DNA from: an uncultured archaeon
GTDB taxonomy: Archaea > Nanobdellota > Nanobdellia > Woesearchaeales > CAIVOO01
Direction of reading: 5' to 3'
Assembly: GCA_903904885.1 (NCBI GenBank)
Contig: CAIVED010000027.1
Location: 1,558 to 65,557, forward strand
DNA length: 64,000 nt
Made by a program: the position numbers and the translations under genes
In this document: one piece after another, positions 23,100-32,123 of the stretch
Layout: the number at the start of each line of letters is the position of its first letter
How positions within the stretch are numbered: position 1 is the stretch's first letter
The notes under the pieces: model-generated
Told to the model about the DNA's origin: nothing
Database searches by the model: none
What the model saw: the letters and a program-made list of their open reading frames with translations, nothing else

Positions 23100-23222
23100 T
23101 ATCTAAACCCCCTATTTTTTAAACTTCCTCAATAAGTTATATTTAAATTTTGCGAATTATGCACTGGTTTCCGGAGGTATATCCGACAGGTTTAAATATA
23201 ACCTGAAGGTGAATCTGGCGCC

Positions 23223-23891
23223 ATGAAAAGGCTGTTTTTGCTCGCAATCGCACTTCTTTTAGTTCCAATAGTACTCGCATCAACCCCAATGAACTGCTAC
23301 CAGAACTTCACTGCAATCAGATGCGGCGAGCAGGCAGAGTTTAACTCAGCACAGTACTGCGCAGGCATTAACCTGACAATAGAGGACTGCTACAATGAAG
23401 GGGGCAAGTTCACAGTCGTTTTTTCAGGAGTCAAATATTTTAAGGCCCCTGACCCCGTGTCAAGAATAACATTCTTTTTTTACTCAAGAAACTGGGCCTG
23501 GCTTGGGGACGAGACAGACATACCCCTGCCTGATAACAGCACAGTAGCCCAGGTCAGCGATAACAGGTTCATAGTTGTTTCGCCTCTTGGAAGCAAGAAG
23601 GTTGAATCTGTCCAGATAACTATTCCTTTCTGCTACAACCAGATGAACAGCGACCTTGAGAAAATTTACCTCAGAACCCAGGCAGGCAAGATTTGCAGGA
23701 TAGTAACGCCTGAAGAGGTTCCCAGCGAGCCTGCTGCCCAATCCAGCAACCCTTCTGCGCCAGTCGCAGCTCCTGCCACCCAAAGCAAAGCAGACAACGG
23801 CTGGATTCTCGGAGTTCTGCTAGTGGTTGTTGTGATTGTAGCTGTAGTCTTTATCCTGAGAAAGCCGAAGGCTAGGAAGAAGAAGAAATAA
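23223..23891 (+). CDS. Secreted protein with C-terminal membrane anchor
   Basis: Signal peptide, P/A/S linker, TM plus basic tail. Confidence 0.7.
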   Translation: MKRLFLLAIALLLVPIVLASTPMNCYQNFTAIRCGEQAEFNSAQYCAGINLTIEDCYNEGGKFTVVFSGVKYFKAPDPVSRITFFFYSRNWAWLGDETDIPLPDNSTVAQVSDNRFIVVSPLGSKKVESVQITIPFCYNQMNSDLEKIYLRTQAGKICRIVTPEEVPSEPAAQSSNPSAPVAAPATQSKADNGWILGVLLVVVVIVAVVFILRKPKARKKKK

Positions 23892-23940
23892 TTTTATTAT
23901 TCTGTATTGTTTAAGAAACTTTTTAAAATAGACAATCATT

Positions 23941-24219
23941 ATGCTGCCCATGAACTACAATCTTGAACTGGAAAGGGCAGCCAAAGAAATCAGGAAAGCC
24001 AGGGCAAAGAATGTTTGCATCCAGCTGCCTGACGGGCTGAAGCCAAAATCAGATGAGATGGCAAATTATCTTGAAAAAAATACGAGTTCAAAAGTTACCA
24101 TCTGGCTGGGGAGCTGCTTTGGGGCCTGCGACACGCCTTCTGGACTGGAGAATCTCAAAATTGATTTGCTCCTGCAATGGGGGCATAATGAGTTTCAGTG
24201 GAAGAGGCAGCGAAAATGA
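23941..24219 (+). CDS. Diphthamide synthesis Dph2 N-terminal domain only (split or short form)
   Basis: VCIQLPDGLKP, SCFGACD, LLLQWGH; only 92 aa. Confidence 0.8.
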   Translation: MLPMNYNLELERAAKEIRKARAKNVCIQLPDGLKPKSDEMANYLEKNTSSKVTIWLGSCFGACDTPSGLENLKIDLLLQWGHNEFQWKRQRK

Positions 24220-24351
24220 TAGAATCATTTTCTGGTCCTCCGTCGTCTTTTCAATTTGGCAACACCATAAAAGCCTCCGGAGGGCAGCGCAAATGACCGC
24301 GGTCATTTGCTGGTCTCTTTTCGCCAAAAGCTCAAAGAGGCAAAGTTCAGG

Positions 24352-24822
24352 ATGATTGACTACATCCTAGCCCTGGTTATTTCTTTCGCCGGCATAATTT
24401 TAGGAAGTATTCTCGCATTGATTGCCCCTGAAGAGCTGAAAGCCGGGAAAAAATGGTGGCAGCTTCTTGAATGGGCTGTTTTCATAGCAATAATCGCTGC
24501 AATGTTTTATTTTGCAAAAATAAACTTTCTCTGGACAGGCCTTATTGCGGCACTGCTCGCTCTCCTTAAAATCGCAAAAATGGACTATCCTGCGCTTGCG
24601 TTTGTGCTGCTGCTTTCGTTTGCAGACGGATTTTTGTTCCTGGCAGCTTCGCTGATTTTCATCTACGGGCTTCCGAAGGGAACGCTTGAAGCCATGCCAA
24701 TCGTTAATATGAGGAATTCCAAGAAATCAATCTTAAGGGTTTTGCTTGGCTGCGTTAAAAGAAACATCCTGTATCTTATTCTCGGCCTTGCTGTTCTACC
24801 ATTTCTGGCTGCTTATCTTTGA
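24352..24822 (+). CDS. Multi-pass membrane protein
   Basis: Hydrophobic segments, IAPEELKAGKKW; ATG 24352. Confidence 0.65.
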   Translation: MIDYILALVISFAGIILGSILALIAPEELKAGKKWWQLLEWAVFIAIIAAMFYFAKINFLWTGLIAALLALLKIAKMDYPALAFVLLLSFADGFLFLAASLIFIYGLPKGTLEAMPIVNMRNSKKSILRVLLGCVKRNILYLILGLAVLPFLAAYL

Positions 24823-25338
24823 GTAATATCCAATATGCTTGACTATCATGTGAAGCGGTATTGTCACAAGGCACAGATAGATCCATATCCATAATGAGGG
24901 AACATAGAAGAACGATGAAAAAACAAGGGCCCCGATAACCAGGTCAATCTGGTCGAATGGAATCCAGCTCTTTCCGGGGGCTATGGCAAACCTTCTCTTG
25001 AAAAAGCTCTTCACCAAATCGCCGAAGATTGCGCCGAACCCGAGCAATGCACCGAACCAGACCGGAAAAGAGCTGTAGTCTATAAGGCTCAGTTCCGTGA
25101 AAATATCAGCTTTGTAAAAAAACTGCTGCAGGTAAAAAATCAGCAGCCCGCCAAGTGTTGCGAAAAAAAGCCCTCGCCATGTCTTGTGGCTGCCGAAAAC
25201 CGGCTCACCGCCGAGCTTTTTCCTGAAATCCACAGGATAGGCAAGGAAATTTATCCTCTTGACAAGCACCGGCGCTATGTTTGCAAAATAGGCAGGGAGG
25301 ATGAAATACAATGCCTGAAGCAAAATCATATAGTCCAT
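24796..25338 (-). CDS. carS: CDP-archaeol synthase
   Basis: PAYFANIAP, GSHKTWRG, GDLVKSFFKRR, DQID. Confidence 0.9.
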   Translation of the reverse strand: MDYMILLQALYFILPAYFANIAPVLVKRINFLAYPVDFRKKLGGEPVFGSHKTWRGLFFATLGGLLIFYLQQFFYKADIFTELSLIDYSSFPVWFGALLGFGAIFGDLVKSFFKRRFAIAPGKSWIPFDQIDLVIGALVFSSFFYVPSLWIWIYLCLVTIPLHMIVKHIGYYSKISSQKW

Positions 25339-25736
25339 ATTAGCAATGCAACCCCTATTCCTATGGCAATCCCTGCCAGCACCTGAAGCGGTGTGTGGCC
25401 CTCAAAATACCTCAGCTTTTTCTTCAGCTTTTCATTCAGTGCAGTGGTTATTATCCCTATCTGCCTTCTTGATGTCATTGAATCATACATCACAATTATC
25501 GCAACAAAAAGGGCAAGCATGAAAAGGTTCGACACGCCTTCCAAAAGATAGATTGATGCTGCAACCGCAACTATTGTTGCAGTGTGGGAGCTTGGCATCT
25601 TGCCAGGCAGGAGAATCATCTTCAGATGGAAGTTTTTTGTCCTGATTCCGTCAATTATGAACTTCAAAAGCTGGGCAATGAACCAGGCAATTATTCCCGC
25701 GAGAAAGATTTTGTTGAGAAGGATATTCCAGAGCAT
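25326..25736 (-). CDS. Divergent PAP2-family (DUF212) membrane phosphatase
   Basis: GKMPSSHTA, VMYDS, GHTPLQVLAG. Confidence 0.85.
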   Translation of the reverse strand: MLWNILLNKIFLAGIIAWFIAQLLKFIIDGIRTKNFHLKMILLPGKMPSSHTATIVAVAASIYLLEGVSNLFMLALFVAIIVMYDSMTSRRQIGIITTALNEKLKKKLRYFEGHTPLQVLAGIAIGIGVALLIWTI

Positions 25737-25784
25737 TTGCCGTATTATTCCCAGACGGTTTAAAAACTTTTTCCCACAGAAACC

Positions 25785-25792
25785 TTTATAAA
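25785..25792 (+). promoter_or_regulatory. TATA box of tRNA-Asn
   Basis: TTTATAAA about 25 nt before the tRNA. Confidence 0.6.
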
Positions 25793-25816
25793 TGTGCTTC
25801 CTGAACGACCTTTTAC

Positions 25817-25945
25817 GCCCCCGTAGCTCAGCAGGTTCCTTGAGAGCCTAGCTTTCAGGGTTGCAAAGAGCGCATGGCTGTTAACCATGAGGTCACCAGA
25901 CAGAAAGATAATCTTTCTGGGTGAATTCGAGTCTGGTCGGGGGCG
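25817..25945 (+). tRNA. tRNA-Asn(GTT) with two non-canonical introns (D-loop 25837-25866; position 53/54 25900-25925)
   Basis: Acceptor GCCCCCG/CGGGGGC, anticodon arm CATGG-CTGTTAA-CCATG, T-arm ACCAG/CTGGT; both introns form bulge-helix-bulge motifs (GCAG/TTGC and CACC/GGTG central helices). Confidence 0.9.
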
Positions 25946-25947
25946 TA

Positions 25948-26718
25948 TTATTTTCTTAGTAAATTTTCTCGAATTGAAAGAGAAGTACCTGGAGGCACAA
26001 ACCCTTGTTTTTTCCAGAGAAAGTACTTTGTTAACTGGACAGGCGAATTAAATCCAATTTCAGACATCCATTTATTCAGTCTTGGAACACCATTAATCTG
26101 AATGTAATAATTTCTGTGAACCTTCCCCTTTCTTGTCTGAAATCTGGAATTTGAATAAAATTTAAATTTTAAATCTTCCAGTATTTTCTTTGTTGAATTA
26201 TGTAAAACTTCGTCAGAAGTTTGATAATCAATAACTGGGTAATAATTGATGTTTTTGTGCCTTGCCTTGAAAGCAAGGCTAAAATCAGCGTCAGCGAGAC
26301 CTCTCAGGAATGACCTTTTAATTTCAGGATTGCTTTTAAGAATTATGCTTGGAAACTCATAATTTGACTTTTTCCCTAAAGGCAATCCGCATTTTTCATG
26401 GAGAAATGAGAGTATTGTTTTTGAGTATATTGTTATATTAGCTGTTGTCTTTTTTGATAAAACTTTTACATTTTTATTAAACAGCTTTTTTATTAATGGA
26501 CATAAGAAGGATTTATACCATTTTAGCTCTTCAGAAAGATTTCCATCATATGAAATATAGTAATTAACCCCATTCCTCTTTTTATAAACACTCATCGATC
26601 CGTCTCCAAGATGAAACCCGAGCAGATAAGCTAATTCTAGATTTAGTGTTTCGGGCAGTTTTATTTTTTGTTTCAAGTCTAAATCACTAAAAGAGATATC
26701 TGAGGAGTCAAATTTCAT
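25948..26718 (-). CDS. Free-standing LAGLIDADG (DOD/intein-type) endonuclease
   Basis: LAYLLGFHLGDG and FLRGLADADF motifs; stop codon 2 bp from the tRNA-Asn 3' end; low GC. Confidence 0.85.
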   Translation of the reverse strand: MKFDSSDISFSDLDLKQKIKLPETLNLELAYLLGFHLGDGSMSVYKKRNGVNYYISYDGNLSEELKWYKSFLCPLIKKLFNKNVKVLSKKTTANITIYSKTILSFLHEKCGLPLGKKSNYEFPSIILKSNPEIKRSFLRGLADADFSLAFKARHKNINYYPVIDYQTSDEVLHNSTKKILEDLKFKFYSNSRFQTRKGKVHRNYYIQINGVPRLNKWMSEIGFNSPVQLTKYFLWKKQGFVPPGTSLSIRENLLRK

Positions 26719-26821
26719 AACTTGAATATAGACTGACCATTTAAATACTCATCGTCGAGGGATGTCCAGTGAACTTTTGAGGGAAAGGTTTATAAAACAT
26801 TTCTTTGTGCAGTTATTCATC

Positions 26822-26896
26822 GGGCCCGTAGCTTAGTTTGGCTGGAGCGTACGACTGATAATCGTAAGGTCCCGCGTTCAAATCGCGGCGGGCCCA
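26822..26896 (+). tRNA. tRNA-Ile(GAT), intron-less
   Basis: GGGCCCG/CGGGCCC acceptor, TACGA-CTGATAA-TCGTA, TTCAAAT T-loop; TTTATAAA at 26789. Confidence 0.95.
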
Positions 26897-26923
26897 TTTA
26901 ACGCTTTCAAAAGGTAATAATTG

Positions 26924-26999
26924 TTTCTTGCGTGGCAATATAGCAAAAGAAGTGAAAACAATATCAAGCTTAACGCAAGAACCAGAAACCGGGAATTTT
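26924..26999. repeat. Dispersed structured repeat, partial copy D (right half)
   Basis: TTCTTGCGTGGCA..AGCAAAAGAAG..AAACAATATC..TAACGCAAGAACCAGAAA matches the right half of copy A. Confidence 0.7.
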
Positions 27000-27038
27000 A
27001 TTAAAAAGCTTTAAAAAACCGCTGGGTAACTAATAATT

Positions 27039-27122
27039 CGGATGTGACCAAAAGCTGATGATTTAGATATCCCCGTCTGATTACAAATGAAGATGGAAAT
27101 CTTATGAAGCTGGTCAAAATCC
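27039..27122 (+). ncRNA. Candidate C/D box guide sRNA
   Basis: Box C TGATGA 27056, D' CTGA 27077, C' ATGAAGA 27087, D-like ATGA 27104, terminal stem TGACCA/TGGTCA, TTTAAAAA at 27010. Confidence 0.55.
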
Positions 27123-27138
27123 AAAGGTTAAAACGTAG

Positions 27139-28011
27139 TTAGTCTAGTCTTACATATCGCCCGATTTGGGCTACAAGGTCGCTGATTTTTATATGCCTTG
27201 GTTTGCCCGGCGTTCCCTTGTCATAGCCAAGCACTTCTCTGTTATCCAGTTCTAACGAAACTCTTCCATGATTTGGAACTCCAACCGTGCTTGTGCATTC
27301 CTGCGCCTCTCCTGTTCCGGTTGAAACCCCCAGAATTTTCTCCCGACTGGGGTCCAGTTTAACTAGGAGAATCTCAAGATTGCCCCCTTTTCTTAGACTC
27401 AAAGAAAATGCACCTTTTTTGTGCTCGCTGCGGCTTCCTATTTTGACAGATTGATTGTCCCAAGAATTAGTTAGCAACAACTCTTCTTCAGGACCAGTGA
27501 TAATTCTATAGTTTGATTTTCTCATGAAATCAAACCTGCTGTTTATTCTTTCAAGATTTTCGTCAGGATCTCCATCGCCTCTGTAAGAAAAACTACTGAA
27601 GGCACACTGATCCACAGGTATTCTTCCAACAACCACCGGTTCTTTGCTTCTCATAAGACATACTTCATCTCCACTGTACTGCAAAGAATATGGCTGGTTT
27701 TTTGCAGAAAGATAATCATTTATCTGGGCAATCACAGCTTGCCCCCTTTCAGAAGTCAACCTCTCCTTAAGGTAAGGTTTTAGGTTCGCTCTTAGAGTAG
27801 TTGCTGCATTAAAAGGTGCGATAGGAGCAAGCACTTTTGGGTGATACTCTTCTCTTTTTCTTGGCCCATCATCTGGAGGCTCGTTCTTTACAACCTTCTC
27901 TTCACTGCCAGATGAAGCATAGTGTCTTAAACTCTCGGTAAGAAAATAACTTCTGCGCCTAGAATCAACATCATCTCCATATCCCATAAAAAAATATTTT
28001 ATGGTACTCAT
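27139..28011 (-). CDS. Hypothetical protein
   Basis: 290 aa ORF, no motif recognised; start uncertain. Confidence 0.6.
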   Translation of the reverse strand: MSTIKYFFMGYGDDVDSRRRSYFLTESLRHYASSGSEEKVVKNEPPDDGPRKREEYHPKVLAPIAPFNAATTLRANLKPYLKERLTSERGQAVIAQINDYLSAKNQPYSLQYSGDEVCLMRSKEPVVVGRIPVDQCAFSSFSYRGDGDPDENLERINSRFDFMRKSNYRIITGPEEELLLTNSWDNQSVKIGSRSEHKKGAFSLSLRKGGNLEILLVKLDPSREKILGVSTGTGEAQECTSTVGVPNHGRVSLELDNREVLGYDKGTPGKPRHIKISDLVAQIGRYVRLD

Positions 28012-28089
28012 TTATAAACATTTCTCTTGTTACCATTTAAAAATAGAAAATACAGAAAACTATATAAAAAACCCTGATTGCAGTGAAAT

Positions 28090-28713
28090 ATGGACGACAA
28101 AACATTTGCTAATTTTCTGAAAATATTGGTATTATACAAGCTTAAACAGATTCCGAGAAATTCATCAAATCAGTATCATGATGAAAAAGAGGGCGTTTTT
28201 TATCGGAGAAGAGAAACAGATGCAGAGCATGTTTATTCTAGTTTAAGGCTTGCGGATTTTTTTCTCACGTCTGAAACTGAATTTGCAGATTTAAGCAGGC
28301 TAAGAGTATACGAACTGATTATGTACCATGAGGATGTTGAAATCATCGCCAGAGATACAGGAATTTCTGAAATAGAAAAAAGAAAAAATAAGGAAAAAAA
28401 AGAACGAGAAGCTTTGAAGATATTGCATCCAAGATATCCTGCTCATTTAGATGACAAACTTATTCTTTTGGATGCTGAATACAGGGAAAGACATACTGAA
28501 GAATCCAAATTTGCAAAGGGAATCGACAAACTGGATGCGTTGGTGCATGAGCTTCAATATCCCACAGATTGGGGCCCGAAAGGATTTGATGAAAAAAATG
28601 TCAGGGCATGGTTCCAGCCGGCTTTTGAATATTCCCCGACATTTATGGCATATTTTGAAAAAATTATTGAGCATTTGAATCAGAATGGGTATTTCAATAC
28701 AAACAGAGAATAG
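28090..28713 (+). CDS. HD-domain hydrolase (YfbR/HDDC2-like)
   Basis: LKQIPR, RETDAEH, YHE (degenerate HD), ESKFAKGIDKLD. Confidence 0.75.
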   Translation: MDDKTFANFLKILVLYKLKQIPRNSSNQYHDEKEGVFYRRRETDAEHVYSSLRLADFFLTSETEFADLSRLRVYELIMYHEDVEIIARDTGISEIEKRKNKEKKEREALKILHPRYPAHLDDKLILLDAEYRERHTEESKFAKGIDKLDALVHELQYPTDWGPKGFDEKNVRAWFQPAFEYSPTFMAYFEKIIEHLNQNGYFNTNRE

Positions 28714-28753
28714 AAAATACAACTTTTATAAACAGAGCAGAAACAATAGATTT

Positions 28754-30307
28754 GTGCCAAAAACAATCAAAATCCCGGAGATTTCTGAAGAGGAGGTTGT
28801 CAACCTTGCTGTTGACACAATAGGCAGGAAAAAGCAGGCCCTTGTTTTTGTTGCAACCAAGTCAAGCGCTGAGGCAACTGCTGACAAGATTGCAGCCAAA
28901 ATAAAAGATAACATTGATGTTGAATTGTCAGAAAAGCTTCTGCATGCGCTGCCAAGGCCAACAAAGCAGTGCCAGCGCCTTGCAAGGAATGCAAAAAAGG
29001 GCGTTGTTTTCCATCACTCAGGATTGCATCACCACCAGAGGGAATTGATAGAAGACAAATTCCGGGATGGTACAATCAAAATAATCTGCTGCACTCCGAC
29101 ATTGGCAGCAGGGCTTGACTTGCCGGCATTCCGCGCAATTCTCAAGGATTTGAAACGATACAACGGCAGGTGGGGAACTTCATGGATTCCTGTTTTGGAG
29201 TACCAGCAGATGTGCGGCCGTGCAGGAAGGCCGGGAAAAGAGGATTTCGGCGAGGCAATAATAATTGCATCAACAGAAGCTGACAAGGAAGAGATTTACG
29301 AAAAATATGTTATCGGGGACGTGGAGCCGATTTACTCCAAGCTTGCTGTTGAACCGGTTCTTCGAACCTATGTCCTCTCTCTTATCGCAACCGAAGTCGT
29401 CAATTCAAGGCAGAAGCTGATTGATTTTTTCAAGAAAACATTCTGGGCCCAGCAGTACAAGGACATGGAAAAGCTTGAAAAGATAATGATGAAAATGGCA
29501 AACCTCCTTGAGGAGTTTGATTTCATTGCGATTTCATCAAAAAAATCGGATTTCAGGGCCGCAAGCGACATAGAGGATGACAGGATAATTTCAACTCCCA
29601 TTGGCAAGAGGGTTGCTGAGCTTTACATTGACCCAATAACCGCCCATAATATTATTCTCGGGCTGAAAAAAGCGGGCAACAAGCCGTCGGCATTTGCCCT
29701 TTTGCAGCTAATAAGCAACCAGCTTGAGCTGAGGCCGAAGCTGGCTGTGAGAAAAAATGACTATGAAACAGTAAGCGAGAAACTTCTGCAGGAGGAGCTT
29801 CTTGCAAATGAGCCAGCAATATACGACCCGGAATACGGCGACTTCCTTGACTCGGTAAAAACAGCAATGTTCCTTGAGGAATGGATAAGCGAGAAAACCG
29901 AAGAAGAAATACTTGAGAAATTCAATGTCCGCCCGGGCGAAATCAAAACAAAAATAGACAGCGCAGACTGGCTGCTCTATGCGATGGAAGAGCTTGCAAG
30001 AATGATTCAAAGGCAGGAACTGCTCAAAGAGATTGCGAAATTAAGATTGCGGGTAAAGCACGGGATAAAAGAAGATATTCTCCAGCTAATGCAGCTTAAA
30101 GGAATAGGCAGGGTGAAGGCAAGAAAATTATTTGCCAACAAGATAAAGGCCTTGGAAGACGTGAGGCAGGCAAGCTTCGGAGCCCTTGCCCAGGTAATAG
30201 GAGCGAAAACAGCGGCCAGCGTTAAAGAGCAGCTGGGAGAAAAGATTGAGGCTGTGCCGGAAAAAAAGAGAAAGGGGCAGCTGAGTTTATTGGGGTATAA
30301 GGATTAA
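28754..30307 (+). CDS. Hel308/Ski2-like helicase lacking the N-terminal RecA1 domain
   Basis: ALVFV, FHHSGL, TPTLAAGLDLP, QMCGRAGRPG, winged helix, ratchet, HhH GIGRVKARKL; no Walker A or DExH; GTG 28754 follows TTTTATAA. Confidence 0.85.
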   Translation: MPKTIKIPEISEEEVVNLAVDTIGRKKQALVFVATKSSAEATADKIAAKIKDNIDVELSEKLLHALPRPTKQCQRLARNAKKGVVFHHSGLHHHQRELIEDKFRDGTIKIICCTPTLAAGLDLPAFRAILKDLKRYNGRWGTSWIPVLEYQQMCGRAGRPGKEDFGEAIIIASTEADKEEIYEKYVIGDVEPIYSKLAVEPVLRTYVLSLIATEVVNSRQKLIDFFKKTFWAQQYKDMEKLEKIMMKMANLLEEFDFIAISSKKSDFRAASDIEDDRIISTPIGKRVAELYIDPITAHNIILGLKKAGNKPSAFALLQLISNQLELRPKLAVRKNDYETVSEKLLQEELLANEPAIYDPEYGDFLDSVKTAMFLEEWISEKTEEEILEKFNVRPGEIKTKIDSADWLLYAMEELARMIQRQELLKEIAKLRLRVKHGIKEDILQLMQLKGIGRVKARKLFANKIKALEDVRQASFGALAQVIGAKTAASVKEQLGEKIEAVPEKKRKGQLSLLGYKD

Positions 30308-30337
30308 AGGGTTAAATATAAAAAGAAGCTAATAAAG

Positions 30338-31132
30338 ATGGGTTCCATGAATTTCAAACCGGCAATATTCCAGAAGCCAAATGCCAGCATTCTCAAAAAA
30401 GAGGGGTTTATGTGCATTGACTGCCACTGCCATACAAATTATTCTGACGGGGCAAAGCTGGACGAGGTTCTAAAAGCGTGCAGAAAGAAAGGGATTGGCG
30501 TCGCAATAACAGACCACAATGAAATAAAAGGCGCTGTGGAAGCGTTGAAGCAAAAGGAAATTATGGTAATCCCAGGCATGGAAATAAACACCAGCGACGG
30601 CCCACACCTGCTGGCATATTTCTACAACATAGCAGAGCTGGAGGATTTCCACAATAAGTTCATTGAACCGAGAAGGGTCTTCAAGCCCAGGATGATGGTA
30701 AAGCTCACAATGCTTGAAACTCTAGACAAGCTTGAAAGCTATAACTGCGTTACAGCCCTGGCTCATCCCTATGCCCCGCTCTGGACAAATTTCAATTTCG
30801 CGCTCATGAAAAATCCCGAAAACCGGGAGGTTGTGAAAAGGGTTGATGCAATAGAGGTAATCTCCGGCCTGCAGAGGAAAATCTCAAACCTCAACGCAAG
30901 GGAGCTTCAGGTGCTTTTTGACAAGGCCGCAACAGGCGGAAGCGATGCCCACTCGGCAAAGGACGTCGGCAACTGCCTGACCCTGGCAGAAACAAACAAT
31001 GCAGAGGATTTCCTTGAAGAGATAAGAAAAAAGAGAACCATTGCCATAGGAAAAGAAAAAATAAGGCAGAAAGCCCGGCTTGCATCCAAATTCATCAGGA
31101 AGACGATAAAGATAGCAGTGACCGGAAAATGA
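30338..31132 (+). CDS. PHP-domain metal-dependent phosphoesterase
   Basis: DCHCHTNYSDG, ITDHN, AHP, GGSDAH. Confidence 0.9.
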   Translation: MGSMNFKPAIFQKPNASILKKEGFMCIDCHCHTNYSDGAKLDEVLKACRKKGIGVAITDHNEIKGAVEALKQKEIMVIPGMEINTSDGPHLLAYFYNIAELEDFHNKFIEPRRVFKPRMMVKLTMLETLDKLESYNCVTALAHPYAPLWTNFNFALMKNPENREVVKRVDAIEVISGLQRKISNLNARELQVLFDKAATGGSDAHSAKDVGNCLTLAETNNAEDFLEEIRKKRTIAIGKEKIRQKARLASKFIRKTIKIAVTGK

Positions 31133-31638
31133 AAATTGCAAATATTCTTACAGTTTCACGGATTGTCCTTGCGCCAATAATACTGGTTTTGATATTGTAT
31201 AAAATCTGGGCTGCTGCGATAATCCTTCTTGCAGCTGCGTTTCTTACAGACATATTTGACGGTTATCTGGCCAGGAAGCTGAAGCAGGAGTCCCATTTCG
31301 GGAAGGTGCTTGACCCTGTTGCTGACAAGATGCTTGCTTTCTGCGCAATTTTCGGGCTGCTTTATGTCTTCGGGAAGGCAGAAACAAACTGGATTTACGG
31401 GATAATGTTTTTTTCAAAGGACATTCTGAACTTCGCATTTCTCATTTTCAAAAACGCCTACAGGCTCAAAAAAATTCACCCCAGGCCTCTCGGGAAAATA
31501 ACCTCCGTATTCCAGGCAATAACTCTTTTCTGGATCATTTTAGGGCTGCCAAACGATTTGATGTGGATTTATCTTGTATTCTTTTTGGGGATAGCATCAA
31601 GCATAGATTATTACCTGGCTTTCAGGAAGAGAAAATAA
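31129..31638 (+). CDS. CDP-alcohol phosphatidyltransferase (PgsA-like)
   Basis: TDIFDGYLARK...FGKVLDPVADK. Confidence 0.9.
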   Translation: MKIANILTVSRIVLAPIILVLILYKIWAAAIILLAAAFLTDIFDGYLARKLKQESHFGKVLDPVADKMLAFCAIFGLLYVFGKAETNWIYGIMFFSKDILNFAFLIFKNAYRLKKIHPRPLGKITSVFQAITLFWIILGLPNDLMWIYLVFFLGIASSIDYYLAFRKRK

Positions 31639-31684
31639 ATTTCAGCTTCATAATATTTTTAAACCCGCAGGCCAGAAAAAATGC

Positions 31685-31954
31685 ATGAACCCGCTCAGAA
31701 TAAACTACATTGCCGACGCAGGGCTGGCCCTGGCTTTTGTTGTTAATTGCCTAACTGGACTGCTGAAATTCTCCTGGTTTTGGAATTTCACTCATCTGAA
31801 TTACAGGGCAGTCAATTTCAGGCTTCTTGGTTTTGTCCATGACTGGAGCGGGATAATCCTGCTTATTCTGATTCTGGCCCATCTTGTTTTGCACTGGAGA
31901 TGGATTGTTTCATCAACAAAAGCGATATTCTCAAAAAAACAGATTGCCAATTGA
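31685..31954 (+). CDS. DUF4405-like small membrane protein
   Basis: TG.L, HDWSG, HLVLHWRWI. Confidence 0.7.
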   Translation: MNPLRINYIADAGLALAFVVNCLTGLLKFSWFWNFTHLNYRAVNFRLLGFVHDWSGIILLILILAHLVLHWRWIVSSTKAIFSKKQIAN

Positions 31955-32002
31955 GCCGGCAGGGCAAACCCTTAAAAAACAGCGCTGATTGTGATAAGCT
32001 GT

Positions 32003-32120
32003 GCCCCTGTAGTATAGCTTGGATAGAATACGGGCTTGCGGTAGCGGCGAACAATGTTCGCCTGAGTTTACAGCTCACTGCAAACAGCCTGTGACCCGGG
32101 TTCGAATCCCGGCGGGGGCG
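32003..32120 (+). tRNA. tRNA-Arg(GCG) with canonical 37/38 intron (32042-32085)
   Basis: GCCCCTG/CGGGGGC acceptor, CGGGC-TTGCGG|A-GCCTG, CCGGG-TTCGAAT-CCCGG; BHB helix TTGC/GCAA. Confidence 0.9.
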
Positions 32121-32123
32121 TTC

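Noticed and set aside
25948-26718. Intein for either LAGLIDADG ORF
   Set aside because: No N-terminal Cys/Ser Hint block, no terminal HN, and no flanking extein; each ORF has its own promoter and stop.
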